Shown piece by piece: positions 57,217 through 64,000 of a DNA stretch of 64,000 bases. Numbering within the stretch: position 1 is the first letter of the stretch; each line of letters begins with the position of its first letter. Under the pieces are notes generated by a model. That model was given only the letters and a program-made list of their open reading frames with translations. It was not told the origin of the DNA and ran no database searches. Origin of the DNA: the human T2T-CHM13v2.0 reference genome, Homo sapiens; NCBI RefSeq assembly GCF_009914755.1, contig NC_060936.1. One strand, 5' to 3'. The translations under genes were made by a program, and so were the position numbers.

Positions 57217-57502
57217 TAAGGCCACTTGTTTAGTTGAAGTGGAAAACTAGGTAATAGCAAATGAAACTGTCCAGGGTGGGCAGGTGAAAGTTTCAGAACC
57301 TGGTGATGCTAAGTGGCCTGAGTATGCCCAAGTTAACCTTTGGGCTATGGTCCAGTGGACAACAAAGCCAACACATGCAAGCAGATATTCCAGTCTCCAG
57401 ACATTATCTTCTATTCTTGTTCTTCTCAGGAAACCAAAATTTTTATTTGCTTTTACATCATTCAGAATTTCTTAGTTCCTGACCCTATCTCTCATTTCTG
57501 TT

Positions 57503-58010
57503 TGTGGCAAACTGCATTTTCCGAAGACGGACATGCTAGCATACAACTCTCGTCCTACAGGCTCTATTTACAGTGTGACTGCTGCCCCTCCCACCAAGAG
57601 GTGGGGGCCATGTTCCCTCCAAATCTGAGTGGGGGCTTCTGTCTGCTCCAACCCGTAAGGTAGGGCAACAGTAACTTCTTCCGTTTGTGTCTCTCCCTTA
57701 GGATACATGGCTTCTGATGGCCCTGCTGGGGAGACCATGTGGAGAGATGGCATAGAGCCAGAGATTCACGTTCCAGGAGCCCTGACTGTCTCATCTCAGG
57801 GAATTGAATCTCCTTGTGCTCCAGACCCTATGAGAGGATGCCATCCCCTGCTACCATCTGACTGCAACCTCAGGAGACACCCCAAGCCAGAACTGAGCAG
57901 CCAAGCCACTCTCATATTCTTGACCCATAGACATTGGGAGATAAAAACTGATTGTTGTCAATTTTAGTCAGTACATTTTAGGGCAATTTGATGTCCTAGC
58001 AATAGACTAG
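57503..58010 (+). mobile_element. MLT1 (G/H-like) solo LTR
   Basis: tgtggcaaactgcattttcc...ctcccaccaagaggtggg...cttgacccatagac...tagcaatagac. Confidence 0.75.
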
Positions 58011-58179
58011 TATATTTATCCATTGCTGCATCTTCTTCTGCTTAGATTATGATGCATGTTTTTTAGCTCCAACTAGTATCTAAACTTGTCATGGTCTTTG
58101 CTTGAAAGTTTGATTTTTTGCTGCCCTTGAACTTTACCCCTGATTCCAATTTACCCATTTGTTTTGGTTTAGTTTAAGG

Positions 58180-58511
58180 AGATTGTAAACAAGTATGCCT
58201 ACAAGGGCCATGCAACAAATGCTAAAAAGAGAAGTAGACCTGGGCAGGGAGGCAAGGGAGCGGAAAGATGTGTAGTACGTTCAGCTCAGGTCACGTTCAT
58301 CATCCAGCTCTGGAAGATGGATCCAGTGGGCATGTGTGCCTAATGATGCCACATTATCTGATTTTTTTCTCCAAAAGAAAAATCAAGATTTTTATTAAAA
58401 ATCTTCTGGTTTAAAAAAATTTAAATGCTATTCAAATTTCAATAACAACCATGCCAGATAAAAAATAGCTACTGACTGAACTTAGCCATGATCTGCCAAC
58501 TTGCAACCTCC
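58180..58511 (+). mobile_element. MER102-like hAT element
   Basis: atgcctacaagggcca...tgccacattatctgattttt...gccaacttgcaacctc. Confidence 0.7.
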
Positions 58512-58750
58512 AAATTAGAAGTTTTTAGCCACTATGGATGTTAGGAAGACCTGAAACACAGAATAGAGAGATTCCAATTTTTCTAGTGACAATGAGTCCT
58601 GAGAAAGGTGACAAAATCAGAATAACCTTTGGAGAAAGATAAATGCTACTATCAGTGGAATGGGATTCAGTCTTCAGCCTGTTGTAGTAATTCAGTAAGC
58701 ACATGTGGTCATTGAGTGAACTCGCATGGCCAATACAAGGTAAGCTTGGC

Positions 58751-59058
58751 GGTTCCTTCTATGTCAAACGTTCTATTTAAATAGAGAGAAAAGAGGAGTA
58801 ATAATTGTTAAAACCCTTTTGCAGTTTTAAAAAGGCATATAAATAGTAAAGGACCAGTTACCTTGCTTGAGAAATTTGTACAGTACCTAGTTGTTCCTGA
58901 AAGAGTGTACTGACAGGAGCTGAAAAGCCTACCTGGAAGAGAATATGGTCCCAAATTCCAAAGGCAGAAAGGAACACAGGTTAAATAGAAGGAGCAGTAA
59001 CAACCCAGACCAGAGAAGCCAGGCAAAGCCTTGGAGACTAGGTATACATAGGAGATAG
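58751..59058 (+). repeat. Copy 2 of the ancient ~310-bp direct duplication
   Basis: Colinear with 56910-57216, offset about 1841 bp. Confidence 0.9.
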
Positions 59059-61298
59059 CAGTTCTCAATTCCCATTCCCTTTGTGCCAAGCACAGGCACC
59101 GTGATCCTTCACTGAAGCTCAGTGAACACTGTTCTCAGAGAGAGGTCCTGTCAGCATCCACCTACCGAACCATCAAATGTGTATCTGTCTCAGTTCTGCT
59201 TGGGAGCCTGATACAGATCTTTCCATCACTCATGAAGGCCCTAGAATGCATCCTCTTTTTTTTTTTTTCCTTCTGGAAAATATCAACCAGTTTTGGTAGA
59301 TTTTACCTTTCCATTCTCTGTGTCCCTCCATTATTTTGGTCAACTCACCTCTGAAAACAGCAAAGCCTCTCAGGTCTACCGTGGGACACGCAGAATTACA
59401 AGCTGAGCTACCCTCTGGGATGGAAGCAGGGGTCTGGGAGGGTGGCACTAACGCTTAATATTATTGAGTTAAAATCTCAATAAATTATCCCAGTAAATCA
59501 TACAATCAGAAAGACAAAGTCCTTGCCAATAAATATGCACAACTCTCTGCCTAGAGACAAACCCACCTTGAGTTCACTCACGCAACCCAATACCCATAAA
59601 CTACTCTCCATAAAGCAATGGAAAAGAGGAGCTGAGGTTAACAAAGTTCTTTCAGCCTACCCACGTAGGCTGACATTTATCTGCATGCATAGAACTCACA
59701 ACATTTATTGTAGCAGAGTACATATTTCAGAAAACTGATTTTGCTTTTTCCTATAGCTGATAACCTGGAAAATACAGTCATCTGTACTCTGTCTCCCAGG
59801 CGATAGTGCAAATCAGTAAAGAGTTTCCATTGATGGTTCTTTTGCAGACTCTAACCACAATTGAACTCTCTGCTTTCCATCAGTCGCCCACCCTGTTGTG
59901 TACAAAGAAGCAGATATGCAATATAGCAGGAGCCCCAAGAAAAGGTCTGGCTGTTCTGTCAAAACTATTTAGTTCAATATTGTTCTCAATGTGGCACCAT
60001 AGCCCTGGACATGACACCCAGCACGTCCAAACAGACATGATTATATATGAGACAGAAAGGCACTTACATCACTGCGGGTTGTTATGCTTTAAAGGGCTTT
60101 TTCCCCCCTCTTCAAATTAAAAGTTTTCAAAAATGAAATAAAAATAAACCTTTGAAGAAACCAGATTGAGACTGAATTTGGAAGGCCCTCCTGCCTAGTG
60201 TATACTAAAGAAACATTTTCTGGGTTTGTCCCTGATGATTTTCCTTGTAGTTGAGAAACACAATCCACTGGAAGCTTTTGTGGCAGAACAAGAATTTTAT
60301 GAACACGAACTTTACAAAGACTTCCCTAGGAGATTTAAGGTCTGGAAATCAATAGATCAATCAGCAGCTTTTATCAATCTATAATGGTTCTCTCTCTTTG
60401 GATGTTTGGATGAAAATGGGATCAACGTAAATTGAACATGGAATCACTTATTCTTACAAGTTAAATTTGTCAAACTGTAAGGCACATAAATGACATGAAA
60501 TGTAATCATTTTTGAATTTGGGACCCTACAGGGTGCACGTTGATTGAAGAAAAAACAAGCAGATGTTGCTTCAGCATAACTCATAGAGGCAATCTAAATG
60601 TTCTTCAATCCCTGACACTTCTGATCGTTTCCCAAATAAACCAGTTCATTAGTTAATTATTGGGTATGCTTATCGTGTAATATATAATTGGCCCAGGGCA
60701 AATAGCCTTCAAAGATGGCTGGCTGAGTTTGTAGAATCTGTTTTTGCCAAATTCTTCCCAAGGAAATAAGGAAAGATTAATGAGCACTACCTCATGTTGC
60801 TTCCACTTTATCTTTAATGATAAAGGCCTCAGTGCCTGGAACCTCTTCTTCGTTATAAAGTTAGCTTGGCAGGTAGCTTATGGGCAAAAGAGTTAGGAGA
60901 AAATATGAAAATTATGTTGGGAAATAAGAGCTATTTACCCAGTTTCTCCTAAAGAAAAGCAGATAGAAAAATCAAGTTGTATTTATATTTCTATTTTTTC
61001 AGATGCATGAAGATATATGGGATGGAACGTACCTCGTTTCCAATGGTAAAGCTTTTAAAAATGTTGTTGAAAGCATCAGTGCTGAAAGATTACCTCATAC
61101 TTTACCAGCTTATCATAATCCCTGTACAGTATAAAAATAACAACAATGAATACATATTGAGCATTTCCTATGCACTTAACACACATTATCTCATTTAATT
61201 TTTACAGCAAATCTCAATCATAGTTATTATTTTATCTTTTCTTAGCCTTATATGTTATAGGTGAGAAAATGGAGGCACCAAAAAATTAAATTCCTTAT

Positions 61299-61800
61299 AA
61301 GGTTTCCAGATAAATTGCAAAATGCCCAGTTAAATTTGAATTCCAGATAAACAATGGATAATTTTTTTAGGAAAGTCTGTCCCAGGAAATATACTAAATA
61401 TAGTCATCTCTTCATATCTGTGGGGATTGGTTCCAGGAGCCCTGCAGATATCAAAATCCAGGGATGCTTAAGTCCCTGATATAAAAGGGCATAGTATTTG
61501 CATATAACCTATGCACATCCTCCTGTATACTTTATGTAATCTCTAGGTTACTGTAATACCAAATCCAATGAAAATGCAATGTAAATAGTTGCTACACTGT
61601 CTTTTTGTTTGTCTTTTTTATTGTTGTATTCATATTTTATAATTTTTAATTTTTTTCCTAATGTTTTTAATCCATGGTTGGTTGAATCTAAGGATGTGGA
61701 CTGACAGTATATTGATATACTAAAAAAAAAGTACCCATTATTTATTTGAAAAATCAAATTTAACTGAGTGTCTGACACTTATTTGCTAAATTTGACTAGT
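61299..61800. mobile_element. MER53 (palindromic hAT MITE) interrupted by MER2
   Basis: Inverted arms cccagttaaatttgaattccagataaa / tttatttgaaaaatcaaatttaactgag. Confidence 0.8.
61400..61710. mobile_element. MER2 (TcMar-Tigger)
   Basis: tatctgtggggattggttccaggagccc...tagtatttgcatataacctatgcacatcctcc...ccatggttggttgaatc. Confidence 0.85.
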
Positions 61801-62204
61801 TGTTAGCAAAGCCAAACAGATCTTTCTGATACCCAAGCTAAACATTTTTAACCGTTACACTAAACTGCCTTTTTCCATAAAAATAGTTTGAAAACTCCAA
61901 ATTTAGCAAAGGATTTTATTTATGTAGACAGAGAAAACAGCACTGAAAGTGGGACATATTAAGCTCATTTATAGCCGTGGTCTGATGGGCATTTCTTTTG
62001 TCTGGGCAGTGGTAGAAAAAGGTGTGGGAAAGTAGGAATCAGCCAAATGGTTGAAGATAGGAGCACTGGTGATATTTGTCTCCTGCCTGAGAAGGAATGA
62101 GTGCCTGTCATGAAATCAGCAAGGTGACATGCTGGTTATGGTGGCAGCGCTTCCAGCAGTGTGTCAAGCTCAGGCATCGCTTTGATTAAAATGCCAAGTG
62201 CTGG

Positions 62205-62345
62205 GACCTCCTTCCCCTACCACTCCCACTTCTCCCTGCCTCTTCCTCCTTCCCCTACCACTCATACCTCTCCCCGCCTCTACCTCCTTCGCCTACCACT
62301 AACACCTCTCCCTGCCTCTTCTTCCTTCCCCCACCACTCATAACT
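62205..62345 (+). repeat. C/T-rich low-complexity tract
   Basis: Strongly pyrimidine-biased sequence with repeated ctccttcccctaccact-like motifs. Confidence 0.7.
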
Positions 62346-62397
62346 TTCCCTGCTTCTACCTTGTAGTTAGTGCATGTCCTTGAGCTTGACTCCCAAA

Positions 62398-62840
62398 ACA
62401 GTATACAGAGAACTATGGTGAAGAAGTTAACAGTAAAAGCACCTGAGTCTGGCTGCTTGGTTTGATCTCCTAGTGCTACCATTTCTTTGTGCCCCAATTT
62501 CCTTCTTTGAAAAATAGAGATAACAGTACCTATGTCTATAGGTTTTTTGAGGTTTAAATTAGCTAATACACGTGATAACAATAATAATAATCATGTTCAA
62601 TGAAAAATTGTCTTCCTGCCAATCACTCATCTAAGTGAAATATTTAAATTATTCAGTCCTTACCACCACATTAGGAAGTTGGTGTTATTATCATCTCACT
62701 TTGTGGAGGAGGAAACTGAGGTATGGATGGGTCAAGTAACTTGCCCAAAGTCATATAGTCAGCAAGTGGCAAATGTAGAATGTGAATTCAGACAATCTGG
62801 ATCCTGAGTCTGTGTTGTCAATCCTTACCCTGCACACACA
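62398..62840. mobile_element. Two MIRs tail-to-tail (+ 62398-62590, - 62600-62840)
   Basis: Sense core tttccttctttgaaaaatagagataacagtaccta; antisense core gaggaaactgagg...aagtaacttgcccaaagtcat. Confidence 0.7.
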
Positions 62841-63119
62841 AAATACACTAAGGCAAGTGCCTGTACCCCAGCCAGCCCACACTGCCTTTTGGTGATTACT
62901 GTAAACTGGCAAGGAGGAGTTTGGGCATTTTCCTCTGATTACCTTCTTTGGCCATAACACAGATCGCACCCGTGAAAAATTGCTCCATGCTCTTCTACAT
63001 CCAAGGCCACTCCCTATCTTCTGGGAGGCACCTTGGGTTCCTCTGACTCCCTCTATTCCACATCCAGCCAGTCACCAGATCCCACAGATCCCAAAGCACT
63101 TTTTCTCTCCGTTCCCGGT

Positions 63120-63700
63120 GTCCTGGCCTTGGCTCCAGCCTGAAACACTTCCCTCCAGCCTAGCTCAATATGTGCCTGAAAAATGTCGGTGTCTTATTGA
63201 CCTGCTCCAATCCCTCCTCCACATTGCCACCAGAACATCCTCCTAACATAGAACTCTGACCATATTGTTCTTCCACCTGAAGTCCTTTTATGACTCTTCA
63301 GTGGCTTCAAAGAAATCCCCAAGCTTCTTAGCCGAGTCATGCAAATGCCATGACCTGCCCACTTATCTCTAGCTATTTCCCCATACAGACTCCATCCTTC
63401 ATTTCCACTCTACTCTTTCATTTGCTTAAACCTGCCATGTTCTTTTATTCCTCCATGCCTTTATGATGCTATTTGTTCCCCTTGGAAAGACCTTCCCTCT
63501 TTTTTGGTTCTGCCTGTTAAATCCCTATTCATCCATTGGAACTCTGGCCAAGGACCATGCAGTCTGGGAAACTTTCTCTGTTACCCTCCATTTCACTCAC
63601 AGAATCTGAGCTTCATCGCCTCCCTTCCCACTAGTCATAAGTGTGTTAAGGGAAGGGTCTATGCGTTATTTATCTTGGTAACTCCAGCTTTGAGTGGACA
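63120..63700 (+). mobile_element. L2 3' fragment
   Basis: ctccaatccctcctccacattgccaccaga...ctctgaccatatt...ctccatgccttt. Confidence 0.65.
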
Positions 63701-64000
63701 AGCTAGTTAAATAGAGAGTGATTGCTTTGCCATTATTGACACAGCCTTAATAACTACCTGCCTACAAAACAAAGCTAAATATAAAAACCCTCAATGGCAA
63801 AAACAAACAAACAAACAAGCAAATATAATGGAACTAGAAGATCATCAGATTAAACTCTTTTCTTTCAGGGGATTCTAGGAATGATGTACATGAAGAATAA
63901 GACTGTGTATCCTTTTCCCATAGTTAGAAAATGAACAACCATCTAAAAAATACAAATCTTTTGTACTGATAAGGCCCTCATATCAATCATTCAGGACCTA

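Larger units (their letters stand above)
61135..61870 (-). mobile_element. MIR interrupted by MER53
   Basis: aataacaacaatgaatacatattgagcatt...taggtgagaaaatggaggca; resumes after 61800 and ends ttaaccgttacactaaactgcct. Confidence 0.65.

Noticed and set aside
58586-58745. Coding exon ending at a strong donor AAG|GTAAGC
   Set aside because: The candidate exon has stops in all three frames; a non-coding exon cannot be supported from sequence alone.

Overview
AT-rich primate (catarrhine/hominoid-type) genomic DNA, intronic or intergenic, dominated by transposable elements. I cannot support any host protein-coding gene; the ORFs with recognisable protein similarity are all L1- or Alu-derived. The centrepiece is a full-length, coding-dead L1PA4-like element (15425-21841, +). 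Its true 3' target-site duplication lies about 250 bp beyond its own poly(A), so it carries a ~200-bp 3' transduction, and its antisense ORF0 frame is open for 175 codons and reads out into unique flanking DNA. Nearby, a decayed ERVL pol fragment received three later insertions: a tailless retrocopy of the 5' exon of tRNA-Ile(UAU) with its own TSD, then an AluS and a twin-primed, 5'-inverted L1 at the same target site, which left three copies of that site. The window also holds a near-complete MLT1 MaLR provirus, a chimeric THE1D/MST LTR, a solo-poly(T) insertion, an ancient ~310-bp local duplication, and many Alu/FLAM, L1M, L2, MIR, MaLR and DNA-transposon fragments. I found no wholly new biological system; the interest is in unusually clear retrotransposition mechanisms. 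Subfamily calls are made by eye from recalled consensus sequences and need RepeatMasker/Dfam confirmation.
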